Shown here piece by piece: positions 56,249-64,000 of a stretch of 64,000 nucleotides of DNA. Made by a program: the position numbers and the translations under genes. A model generated the notes under the pieces. That model saw only the letters and a program-made list of their open reading frames with translations, did no database searches and was not told the DNA's origin. Origin of the DNA: a bacterium (GTDB taxonomy: Bacteria > RBG-13-61-14 > DATKZS01); assembly GCA_963674965.2 (NCBI GenBank), contig CAXXFL010000005.1:672001-736000 (forward strand), read 5' to 3'. How positions within the stretch are numbered: the first letter of the stretch is position 1; each line of letters opens with the position of its first letter.

Positions 56249-58318
56249 ATGTGGGATTTCCTTCGCTCGATCATCGAAATCGGCGTCAGGTCCGACATGG
56301 GCCCTTCCGAGGCCAAGTACGTCCGTATTATCAACATATGGGTCCTGGCCCCCGTTTTTCTGACTCCCTATTACCTCTTCTTCGCCTTGTACTTTAAGGC
56401 GCCTCTAACGTTTATAATGCTGGCCACCGTTACTTCTTTTACCATGCCGGTGTTGTATTTAAATTACAGGGGCTGGATGAAATTCTCCCGTGCCTACTAT
56501 ATCACGATATGGAACATATATTACTGCGTCGTTTCGGTCACGCTGGGACCCGAGACCCTGACCCATTACTTTATTTTCACCAGCATCGGCGTGGCCATCG
56601 TCATCACGCCAAAGGGGGAGGGCCTTCAGCTTTTCCTGCTCATCGTTCAGAGCCTGATCGCCTATAACATTGCCCGGTATCTTCATCATTATATCCCGCC
56701 GCGTTACGCCTTTACGCCGGGCGAGATGAAATTCATCACCTTGTCCATGGAATACGGTGTTTTGGCCATCATCATCTTTTTCGCCATGGCCGCTCGGGTG
56801 GGGGCCATTTTCGCGGAGGACGAAAACGACCTCCGCTTCAGCTCGATGGCCGAGCTTCTGCCCGAGGCCGTGTGCGAGATAGACGAAAAGGGCCGCTTCG
56901 TCTACATGAACGCCATTTGCAGGGCCCGCTTCGGCGTCGAGCGGGGAGCGGAAAAGGGTTACGCGCTTCAAGATATGGTAGTCGCCGAGGAGGGCGAAAG
57001 ACTCTCGGAGCTTCTTGCCCGGGCTATGAACGGCGACGGGTCCGAGTCGGACGAGTTCACGGGCATCGGTCCCGGCGGCGGCAAATTCCCCATGGCCCTT
57101 TATTGCAAGTCGCGAGTGCTGCTTCGCAAAAAGGCCGGCGTCAGGGCCATCATCATCGATCTGACCGAGCGAAAGCGCCTCGAAACGGAGCTTCTTAACG
57201 CCAAGCGACTCGAGTCTGTCGGGCTTCTCGCCGGCGGCCTGGCGCATGACTTCAACAACATCCTGGTTTCCGTGGCCGGCAACCTTCAGCTCGCCATCCT
57301 GGGCACCGAGCCCGACGAGGAGATTTCCGAATATCTCGAGGTTGCCGAGAAAGGCTGCTTTCGGGCCAGGGAGCTTACGCAGCGCTTCCTTACCTTCTCG
57401 AGGGGAGGAGCGCCGCTTAAAAAGCCGGCCTCGGTCGAGGCCATCGTAAGGGAAGCGGCCGGCATATGCCTTCACGGCTCCGACCTCGAGTTCCATTTCT
57501 CGGCGCCCGATGACCTCTGGTCCATCGAGGTTGACTCGGGCCAGATCGGACAGGTCATCAGCAACGTACTGAGGAACGCCGAGCAGGCCATGCCCGAGGG
57601 GGGGAAGATCATCGTGTCCGCCCAGAACGTGGCCATAGAGAACTCCGAGCCCGGCGGTCTGGAAGCGGGCAACTACGTTCAAGTCTCGATCACCGACGAG
57701 GGCCACGGCATGGATAATGACGTTCTTGCCAACCTCTTCGATCCATACTTCACCACCAAGGAGGAAGGACACGGGCTGGGTTTGGCCATTGCCTTTCGCA
57801 TCGTGAGGAACCATGGCGGGAACATCACCGTGGAAAGCGCGCCGCGAAGGGGGGCCACCTTCCACGTCTTTTTGGGCGCCACCGAGACGGAGCCGGAGGA
57901 GGAAGCGGCCGAGGACCCCGATTTTATTGCCGGAAGCGGCCGGATACTGGTAATGGACGACGATCCCGAGGCCCGGGAAACGGCCGTCAAGATTCTGGAG
58001 AAAACCGGGTACCAGGTCGTCACCGCCAAAGACGGCGAGAGGGCCGTGAACCTCTATAAGGAATACATGGAAAAGGGAAAGAAGTTCGACGTGGCCCTCA
58101 TCGACCTGGTCGTGCCCAACGGCATGGGCGGCGTGGCGACGATCAAGGCCCTTAAAAAAATCGATCCCCAGGTCAAGGCCGTCATCGTGAGCGCCTACTC
58201 CGAGGACGCGGCCATAGGCAATTTCGAAAAGCTCGGCTTCATGGACGCCGTTGTCAAGCCCTACAAAATAAAAGAGATAAGCGCGGTCATCCACGAGGCA
58301 ATGAAAACGCGGCAATAA
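56249..58318 (+). CDS. Hybrid sensor histidine kinase (membrane sensor-PAS-HisKA-HATPase-REC)
   Basis: GGLAHDFNNIL H-box, NAEQAM, D.GHGM, FDPYFTTK..G.GLGL, ILVMDDD..D..KPY; start codon uncertain. Confidence 0.95.
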   Translation: MWDFLRSIIEIGVRSDMGPSEAKYVRIINIWVLAPVFLTPYYLFFALYFKAPLTFIMLATVTSFTMPVLYLNYRGWMKFSRAYYITIWNIYYCVVSVTLGPETLTHYFIFTSIGVAIVITPKGEGLQLFLLIVQSLIAYNIARYLHHYIPPRYAFTPGEMKFITLSMEYGVLAIIIFFAMAARVGAIFAEDENDLRFSSMAELLPEAVCEIDEKGRFVYMNAICRARFGVERGAEKGYALQDMVVAEEGERLSELLARAMNGDGSESDEFTGIGPGGGKFPMALYCKSRVLLRKKAGVRAIIIDLTERKRLETELLNAKRLESVGLLAGGLAHDFNNILVSVAGNLQLAILGTEPDEEISEYLEVAEKGCFRARELTQRFLTFSRGGAPLKKPASVEAIVREAAGICLHGSDLEFHFSAPDDLWSIEVDSGQIGQVISNVLRNAEQAMPEGGKIIVSAQNVAIENSEPGGLEAGNYVQVSITDEGHGMDNDVLANLFDPYFTTKEEGHGLGLAIAFRIVRNHGGNITVESAPRRGATFHVFLGATETEPEEEAAEDPDFIAGSGRILVMDDDPEARETAVKILEKTGYQVVTAKDGERAVNLYKEYMEKGKKFDVALIDLVVPNGMGGVATIKALKKIDPQVKAVIVSAYSEDAAIGNFEKLGFMDAVVKPYKIKEISAVIHEAMKTRQ

Positions 58319-58356
58319 TGCAGGGCAAGTATTCCCGCGAACGATCCGCGCCTTCC

Positions 58357-59397
58357 CTAAGGACTATTACCACCAGGCCCGGCGTCCGTCCGCTCGACGC
58401 GGTCCTCGTCTCCTTCCGAGGGGGGAGAGATAAGGGGCGCCGTGTCCCTGTGGGCGCCGAATATGGAAGCCAGTATACTGACGCCAAGTATTCCCGCGAT
58501 AATGGAAAGGGAAACCACCGTCGGGATGGGATGATGATGGGACAAAAGCATCTTGACGCCCACGAAGGCAAGAAGGAACACGAGCCCCATCTTTAAAAAC
58601 CTGAATTTGTCCATCACTCCGGCAAGGGCGAAATAAAGGGAGCGGAGGCCGAGTATGGCGAAGATATTCGAGGTGAATACCAGGAAAGGGTCCCGAGTGA
58701 CGGCGAAGATGGCGGGAATGGAATCCACCGCGAAAAGCACGTCGCTGCTCTCGACCATGAGAAGGACAAGAAAAAGCGGGGTGACGGCCCTTTTATTTCC
58801 GACCCTTGTAAAGAAACGCTCGCCGTCTATTTCCGAGCTCAGGGGAAACAGCTTGCGGGCGAGCCTAATAAAGGGGTTCTTCTCCGGCTCGAGGTTGTCG
58901 TGACGCTCGATGAGCATCTTGACCGCCGTGAGTATCAGGAAGGCCCCGAAAACGTAGACGATCCAGTTAAACCTCGCTATCAGGGCGGACCCCGCCGCGA
59001 TCATCAGGCCCCTTAAGATCAGAGCGCCTAAAATTCCGAAAAAAAGCACCCTGTGCTGGTACATGCCCGGTACCCGGAAATAAGCGAAAATCAGGGCTAT
59101 CACGAAAATGTTGTCCAGGCTGAGCGACTTTTCGATAACGTATCCCGTGAAGAACTGAAGAGCGGCCTGTTTGCCCGAGAGCTCGTGTCCGATCTCGAGC
59201 CCGACGCCAAAGAGGTGGCGCTCGTACATAAAATATATGGCCACGTTAAAGATCATGGCCAGGGATATCCAGAAAGCGCTCCAAGCCAGGGCCTCCTTGA
59301 CGGCAATGGCGTGGGCCTTGCGGTTAAATACTCCAAGGTCGAGGCCGAGCAGGGCCAGAACAAAAAGAATAAAGCCTATCCAGATTAAAGGATTCAT
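58357..59397 (-). CDS. terC: TerC/Alx-family metal-homeostasis membrane protein
   Basis: GYVIEKSLSLDNIFV, QHRVLF.GILGALILRG, DVLFAVDSIPAIFAVT, SNIFAILGLRSLYF. Confidence 0.93.
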   Translation of the reverse strand: MNPLIWIGFILFVLALLGLDLGVFNRKAHAIAVKEALAWSAFWISLAMIFNVAIYFMYERHLFGVGLEIGHELSGKQAALQFFTGYVIEKSLSLDNIFVIALIFAYFRVPGMYQHRVLFFGILGALILRGLMIAAGSALIARFNWIVYVFGAFLILTAVKMLIERHDNLEPEKNPFIRLARKLFPLSSEIDGERFFTRVGNKRAVTPLFLVLLMVESSDVLFAVDSIPAIFAVTRDPFLVFTSNIFAILGLRSLYFALAGVMDKFRFLKMGLVFLLAFVGVKMLLSHHHPIPTVVSLSIIAGILGVSILASIFGAHRDTAPLISPPSEGDEDRVERTDAGPGGNSP

Positions 59398-59576
59398 TTG
59401 CCAACCGCCCGCTTGCTACCGAAGCAATGACGTCATCCAAATAAACAAAGTTTAAGAAGCACCGATACAATAACGACAAAAACAACCAAATAAAGAGTAG
59501 TTACCTCTCACCGCGACAATTATATCACAACGGGCTATTAAAGTACGATGATTTTTTTTGTTTTCAGACCCATATG

Positions 59577-59622
59577 TTGACAAGGCGCCGCTTGGGTGCT
59601 ACTATATTTTTTATATTGTTAC
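59577..59622 (+). promoter_or_regulatory. Sigma-70 promoter overlapped by a NikR-like operator
   Basis: TTGACA(59577-82)-N17-TACTAT(59600-05); GTGCTAC(59596-602)-N13-TTGTTAC(59616-22). Confidence 0.65.
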
Positions 59623-59640
59623 CAGAAGGGAAAAATTAAA

Positions 59641-60429
59641 ATGAGTAAAATTTGGAAAGCGGCTATCGTATTGATGTTTTGCGCCTTTTCCGCGTCGGCC
59701 CACTACCACGCCATCGCGCCGGAAGACTACGGAAAATGGCAAATAAGAAAAGGCGAACAAGTACCATATCAACTTATCTGGGGACACGGATTCGAGCATA
59801 TCTGGTTCAATATCGTTAAGCCCCAGTCCTTCGAGGCCATTGATCCGGAGGGAAAAAAGACCGACCTTATTCCCCTCCTTAAAGAAATCAAGGTCAAGGC
59901 CGTTTCGGGAGAGGAGTTCCTCGCCTACTCCTTCGAGTTGAAGCCCGAGGCCCGGGGAGATTACATCCTTTCCCTGGTGGCCGGTCCCCAATGGGACGAG
60001 GAGGACGGAGTATGGCTTCAGGATTACGCCAAGGCCGTGATGCACGTGCAGGCGGAGATGGACTGGGACCGGGCCGCCGGCACGCCCCTCGAGGTCATGC
60101 CCCTTTCCCGGCCCTACGGCTTTTTGCCCGGCGGCGCTCTCAGCTTTCGCGTTCTTAAAAATGGAAAACCCCTGGCGGGGGTCCGGGTCGAGCGCGAGCT
60201 TTACATGGCCAAGACCCCGGCGGAGAGCGACCTTCCCTCCGAGCCCTTTATCGCCTACTCGGCCAGGTCCAACGCCGCCGGCGAGGTGACCTTTTCCTTT
60301 CCCACGGCGGGCTGGTATGGCATAACGGCCATGGCCGAGCCGGGCGGGAAGATGGCCAAGGACGGCCATGAAGGCCCCGTGGTCGAGCGGGCCACCATGT
60401 GGGTATACGTTTCGCCCAAGCCGGAATAA
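59641..60429 (+). CDS. DUF4198 periplasmic Ni/Co uptake-associated protein
   Basis: Signal ASA|HYH; WGH.FE; PLEVMPL.RPYG; NGKPLAG..VE.E; G.VTF...AGW. Confidence 0.85.
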   Translation: MSKIWKAAIVLMFCAFSASAHYHAIAPEDYGKWQIRKGEQVPYQLIWGHGFEHIWFNIVKPQSFEAIDPEGKKTDLIPLLKEIKVKAVSGEEFLAYSFELKPEARGDYILSLVAGPQWDEEDGVWLQDYAKAVMHVQAEMDWDRAAGTPLEVMPLSRPYGFLPGGALSFRVLKNGKPLAGVRVERELYMAKTPAESDLPSEPFIAYSARSNAAGEVTFSFPTAGWYGITAMAEPGGKMAKDGHEGPVVERATMWVYVSPKPE

Positions 60430-60454
60430 CGGCGCCGCCGACGGGAGAAGCTAT

Positions 60455-61321
60455 TTGCATATTTCCGACGGGATACTGGCGGGGTCGACCTCGGCGGCCG
60501 GGTTCGTGGCCGCCGGGGGACTCGTGGCCATTGGCCTGGCCAGGTCCAGGGAGACGGATATGGCCAAGGCCGGGCTTTTGACCGCCTCCTTTTTCCTGGC
60601 CAGCCTGGTGAGAATCCCCCTGCCCGGCACCAGCGTGCATCTTCTCCTGGCCTCCCTCAACGGCATCGCCCTGGGGACATTATGTTTCCCGTCCATCTTC
60701 ATCGCTCTATTACTCCAGGCCCTGCTATTCGGTCACGGTGGGGTGTCCTCCCTCGGGGTCAACACGGTTATCATGGCCCTTCCGGCCTATCTCGCGGGAG
60801 TGGCCTTTCGAGCGGGACTCCGGCGGAGCATGAGCGGATGGACGCCTTTTATCGTCAGTCTCGCCGCCTCTTTTATTTTAGCGGCCAAGCTGTCCTTTGA
60901 CGCGCTTTTTTCGGCGGGACTCATCGAGTCGAGCCTGCCCTGGATTTTCGCCGTGCCCAGCGGGGCCGCCGCCGCGCTCCTGGCCTCCCTAACCTTCAAG
61001 TACGCCGTGCCCTCGACGCCCGAGCACAGGTGGGGCTTTGCCATGGGATCGCTGGCCGTATTGGGAAGCGCCTCGCTTTTCTACCTGGTCCTCGCTTTCG
61101 CGCCCCTTTCCGATTACGCGGCCAGGGAGGGCTTCAAGGAACTGGCCAGGTTCGCCTTCGTATCCCACGTGCCCATCATCATCGCCGAGGGCGCCATAGT
61201 GGCCATGCTCATCAAGTACCTGGCCGCGGTCAGTCCCGAGCTTCTCGGGACCTCGGGCAAAAACGGGCGAGCCGACGCCGAGGGGCAAGGCTCGTTTGAA
61301 GCCCGCGAGTCCGCGAAGTAA
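60455..61321 (+). CDS. cbiM: ECF Ni/Co transporter substrate-binding component CbiM/NikM
   Basis: TTG start gives MHISDGIL; SVHLL, ALLLQALLFGHGG.SSLGVN; H.P....EG. Confidence 0.9.
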   Translation: MHISDGILAGSTSAAGFVAAGGLVAIGLARSRETDMAKAGLLTASFFLASLVRIPLPGTSVHLLLASLNGIALGTLCFPSIFIALLLQALLFGHGGVSSLGVNTVIMALPAYLAGVAFRAGLRRSMSGWTPFIVSLAASFILAAKLSFDALFSAGLIESSLPWIFAVPSGAAAALLASLTFKYAVPSTPEHRWGFAMGSLAVLGSASLFYLVLAFAPLSDYAAREGFKELARFAFVSHVPIIIAEGAIVAMLIKYLAAVSPELLGTSGKNGRADAEGQGSFEARESAK

Positions 61322-61361
61322 TATACCCTTAATCCCGTTACTTTATCTGAAGGGGAGTCAA

Positions 61362-61973
61362 ATGTATTTTCCGGTGGATGCCCTATTGATGAAAAAGCCG
61401 CGTATCCTGGTTTTTGCCGCTATTATTTTAGCGGGTTTGTTTCCGATGATGGCTCTCGCTCACGCCGCGGGCGGCGACGCCTACGTGGTGGAGGGAGGAA
61501 AAATCCTTATCGAGGGCTGGATGGGAGGCAACGAGATACCCGAGCACGCTACGGTAAAAGTCCTTAGCCCGGACGGTTCCCTGGTCTTCGAGGGGAAGAT
61601 GAATGAGGGAAGGGCCGAGTTCTCGCCCGAGAAGGCCCTGCGATATAAAATCATCATCGACATGGGAAACGGACACGGCAAGACCTTCGACCTTCATCCC
61701 GACGAGCTGAAAAAGCTCGAGTCCGCCTTGGCCGGGAAAAATGAGCAAGGCAAATCCGTGCCAAAGCCTGAAGGGGTATCGAAGGCGGAGCCTCCGAGGC
61801 AAGTCTCGCCGCCCCCGCCCCGGAGGTCGCCGGGAGGGTCCGGGTTCGATCTGGCCATAAAGGCGATCATCGGCCTCCTGGTCATCACCCAGATCGTGAC
61901 CCTTAGCCGGCTTCGGGACCTTACAAAAGAAGTACGCGAGTTAAAGGAGAGCGCGAAAACGGATGGCCGCTGA
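61362..61973 (+). CDS. NikL/CbiL-like auxiliary component
   Basis: Signal ALA|H; beta domain VEGGKILIEG...EGK.NEG.AEF..G.GH; C-terminal TM; lies between cbiM and cbiQ. Confidence 0.7.
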   Translation: MYFPVDALLMKKPRILVFAAIILAGLFPMMALAHAAGGDAYVVEGGKILIEGWMGGNEIPEHATVKVLSPDGSLVFEGKMNEGRAEFSPEKALRYKIIIDMGNGHGKTFDLHPDELKKLESALAGKNEQGKSVPKPEGVSKAEPPRQVSPPPPRRSPGGSGFDLAIKAIIGLLVITQIVTLSRLRDLTKEVRELKESAKTDGR

Positions 61974-62751
61974 TCTCGGCTCACACTCTCACGATCACTC
62001 TCATTTTCCAGGCGAGCGCCGTCCGCTCGTCATCGACCGGGTGCATCCCAGTTGCCGGCTGGCAAGCGCCTGCGCCTGGATCGCCCTGGCCGCCGTTTGC
62101 AGGGACGCCTGGATTCTGTCCATGATCATGGCGGTCTGGACTTTGCTGGCCCTGGCTTTCGGTCCCGCGCCGGGCCAGACCCTGTCCAGGATGGGCGGCC
62201 TGGCGCTGGCGCTTTTGCCGGCGTGGGCGATACTCCCTCTTTTCGGGGATGGAGAGGGGTTCGAGCTTATGGGCCTTGGCTTTCATTTCTCCGGACTTTC
62301 CTCCGCGGCCGCTCTCCAGGCCAAGTCCACGGCCATACTCGCCATGGTGCTTTTCCACGGCGGCGATACGCCCTGGAACAAGTGGGTGTGGGGCGCGAGA
62401 AAGATCGGGGCCCCGAGATCGCTCGTAAGCCTTTTCACCTTCACCCTCAGGTACATGCCCCTCTTGGCTGAGGAGGGCAAAAGGACCATGACCGCCGCCA
62501 GGGCCAGGGGCTTTGACGGGGGCTTCGGAACGAGGGGCTACGCCGGGTACGCGTCCATTATCGGCTCGGGACTGGTTAGAAGCTATCACCGGTCCGAGCG
62601 CGTTACCCGCGCCCTCCAGGCCAGGAGCTTCGGCGGCGACTACCACGTGCTTTCCGAGCCCGATTTGGGCAAAGCCGACTTGGGCTTTACAATTGTTTCC
62701 ATCGCCCTGGCCGCGGCGCCGCTCGCGTATCGGTTCCTTATCGCCGGGTGA
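61963..62751 (+). CDS. cbiQ: ECF transmembrane component CbiQ/NikQ
   Basis: FTLRY, AARARGF, RSERV..ALQARSF; His-rich N-terminus. Confidence 0.88.
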   Translation: MAADLGSHSHDHSHFPGERRPLVIDRVHPSCRLASACAWIALAAVCRDAWILSMIMAVWTLLALAFGPAPGQTLSRMGGLALALLPAWAILPLFGDGEGFELMGLGFHFSGLSSAAALQAKSTAILAMVLFHGGDTPWNKWVWGARKIGAPRSLVSLFTFTLRYMPLLAEEGKRTMTAARARGFDGGFGTRGYAGYASIIGSGLVRSYHRSERVTRALQARSFGGDYHVLSEPDLGKADLGFTIVSIALAAAPLAYRFLIAG

Positions 62752-62763
62752 TGGGAGTCCCGA

Positions 62764-63531
62764 TTGAATGAAGTAAATCCACCGGATGCCGGCTCGGTCG
62801 AGATCAGCGGGCTGTCCTATTCCTATCCCGGCGGCATTATGGCCCTCGAGAAGGTTTCCCTCGAGGCGCGGCCCGGCGAGAAGCTCGGCCTTATCGGACC
62901 CAACGGGGCGGGAAAGTCAACCCTGTTCCTTTGCATTCTGGGCCTGGTCGAGGGCTTCATGGGCGAGGTAAAAGTCGGAGGACTGAGCGCGACCGAGAAG
63001 CGCGATCTGGGCCGCCTTCGCCGGGAGGTGGGTCTCGTTTTCCAGGACGCGGACGATCAACTGTTCAACCCGACGGTGATTGAGGACGTGGCTTTCGGTC
63101 CTCTCAACCTGGGCCTTCCCAAAGAGGACGCCCTGCAAAGGTCCGAGACCGCCCTTGCCCAGGTTGGCTTTCCGTCCGAGCTGTTCGAGCGGCCGCCCCA
63201 CATGCTCTCGGGCGGACAAAAACGGCGCGCCGCCATCGCCGGCATCCTGGCCATGGAACCGAGCGTAATCCTGCTTGACGAGCCGACCTCGGACCTGGAC
63301 CCGAGGGGAAGACGGAACCTGGCCCGCCTTCTTTCCTCCCTTCCCCAGACCATGCTTATTGCTTCCCACGACCTCGAGTTCGTGCTCATGACCTGTGATC
63401 GCGTGGCCCTTTTAAACGGCGGCAGGAAGATAACCGAGGGTGAGACGAGGGTCGTCATGGCCGACGAGGCGCTCATGGAGGAGAACCGACTCGAGAAGCC
63501 TCATTCCCTGATCGCGCATAAGCACGGATAG
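62764..63531 (+). CDS. cbiO: ECF ATPase CbiO/NikO
   Basis: GPNGAGKST, FQDADDQLF, LSGGQKRR, LLDEPT, SHD. Confidence 0.95.
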   Translation: MNEVNPPDAGSVEISGLSYSYPGGIMALEKVSLEARPGEKLGLIGPNGAGKSTLFLCILGLVEGFMGEVKVGGLSATEKRDLGRLRREVGLVFQDADDQLFNPTVIEDVAFGPLNLGLPKEDALQRSETALAQVGFPSELFERPPHMLSGGQKRRAAIAGILAMEPSVILLDEPTSDLDPRGRRNLARLLSSLPQTMLIASHDLEFVLMTCDRVALLNGGRKITEGETRVVMADEALMEENRLEKPHSLIAHKHG

Positions 63532-63543
63532 GGAAGACGGTTC

Positions 63544-64000
63544 TCATTCTTTGTTCTTCTTTTCTTCCTCCGGCGGCGGGGGCGAGACGCGAAGGGCGGC
63601 CCGATCCGTTCCCGTTGCCGTGAAAGCCCGGTTCATCTTCTCGAGGCTGGTCCAGCGGTCAGGGCCGAGACTGGGGTCGTGGTACCTGACCTTGTCCCTG
63701 GTAACGCCAGTCACCACCACGTTATAGCGGCAATAGGGAAGGCTCGAGTCGTCCCTCAAGACGGCCCTCGAAACGGAGAGCATCAGGAAGGACCCGTGAA
63801 GATACCACTTAAGCTCCTCGAAAATATCGGCCCCATGACTAATGAAGTTGGTCTCGGTTAAATAGGGCACGGCCCAGCCAAGGGCCTTCCGGTCGATCCT
63901 CCGACCCGCGTCAGTCCCGTAGCCGGCGGGGGTTTTTCCCTCCACCAGTCCTTTGTAATCCGTCTCCGAGCGGAGCTCGACCTGGTATCCCTTTTGAGCG
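63544..64000 (-). CDS. C39-peptidase-like protein, C-terminal part (runs off the window end)
   Basis: VVVTGV..DKVRYHDPSLGP motif; frame stays open to the window edge (AQKGYQVELRSETDYKGLVEG...). Confidence 0.5.
   Translation of the reverse strand, partial: AQKGYQVELRSETDYKGLVEGKTPAGYGTDAGRRIDRKALGWAVPYLTETNFISHGADIFEELKWYLHGSFLMLSVSRAVLRDDSSLPYCRYNVVVTGVTRDKVRYHDPSLGPDRWTSLEKMNRAFTATGTDRAALRVSPPPPEEEKKNKE

Noticed and set aside
59398-59520. yybP-ykoY riboswitch upstream of terC, or a cobalamin riboswitch upstream of cbiM
   Set aside because: Consensus motifs were not found by eye on the appropriate strands.
60368-60454. N-terminal extension of the cbiM ORF, and similar extensions on ffh, rpsB, pyrH and the batA-like gene
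   Set aside because: These are longest-ORF artefacts; RBS position and conserved N-termini support the downstream starts.

Overview
A roughly 60% GC chromosomal window from a flagellated diderm bacterium. Gene content, a sigma-54 flagellar promoter and a split TrmD/SPOUT pair suggest a deltaproteobacterial lineage (inference). In order: the end of a flagellar operon (fliH-fliI-fliJ-motE/ylxF-like, then sigma-54 fliK-flgD-flgE), a secreted serpin, and a dipeptidase and methyltransferase. Next is the ffh-rpsP-khpA-rimM-trmD-SPOUT-rplS-rnhB operon, which carries an unusual membrane-anchored Rad50/YhaN-like ATPase with a Pro-Gly-Met tandem repeat. An accessory block follows: an intact 1,764-bp IS with a 6-bp target duplication, a surface lipoprotein, a sulfatase-like TPR protein and two exported ankyrin proteins bracketed by 69-bp direct repeats. 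Then come rpsB-tsf-pyrH-frr-uppS-dxr (no cdsA or rseP), several small accessory genes and an 8-gene nth + MoxR/DUF58/vWA/DUF4159/metallopeptidase operon. The window ends with a class IV aminotransferase-ispG pair, mutL-miaA, a GT-C glycosyltransferase, a hybrid histidine kinase, terC and a Ni/Co ECF transporter operon with a NikR-like operator. No rRNA, tRNA or CRISPR array was seen. Best candidates for novelty: the orphan PGM-repeat SMC-like ATPase coupled to RNase HII, the MoxR envelope operon, the repeat-flanked ankyrin cassette and window-wide CTCGAG enrichment. All family calls come from motif recognition by eye, not database searches.
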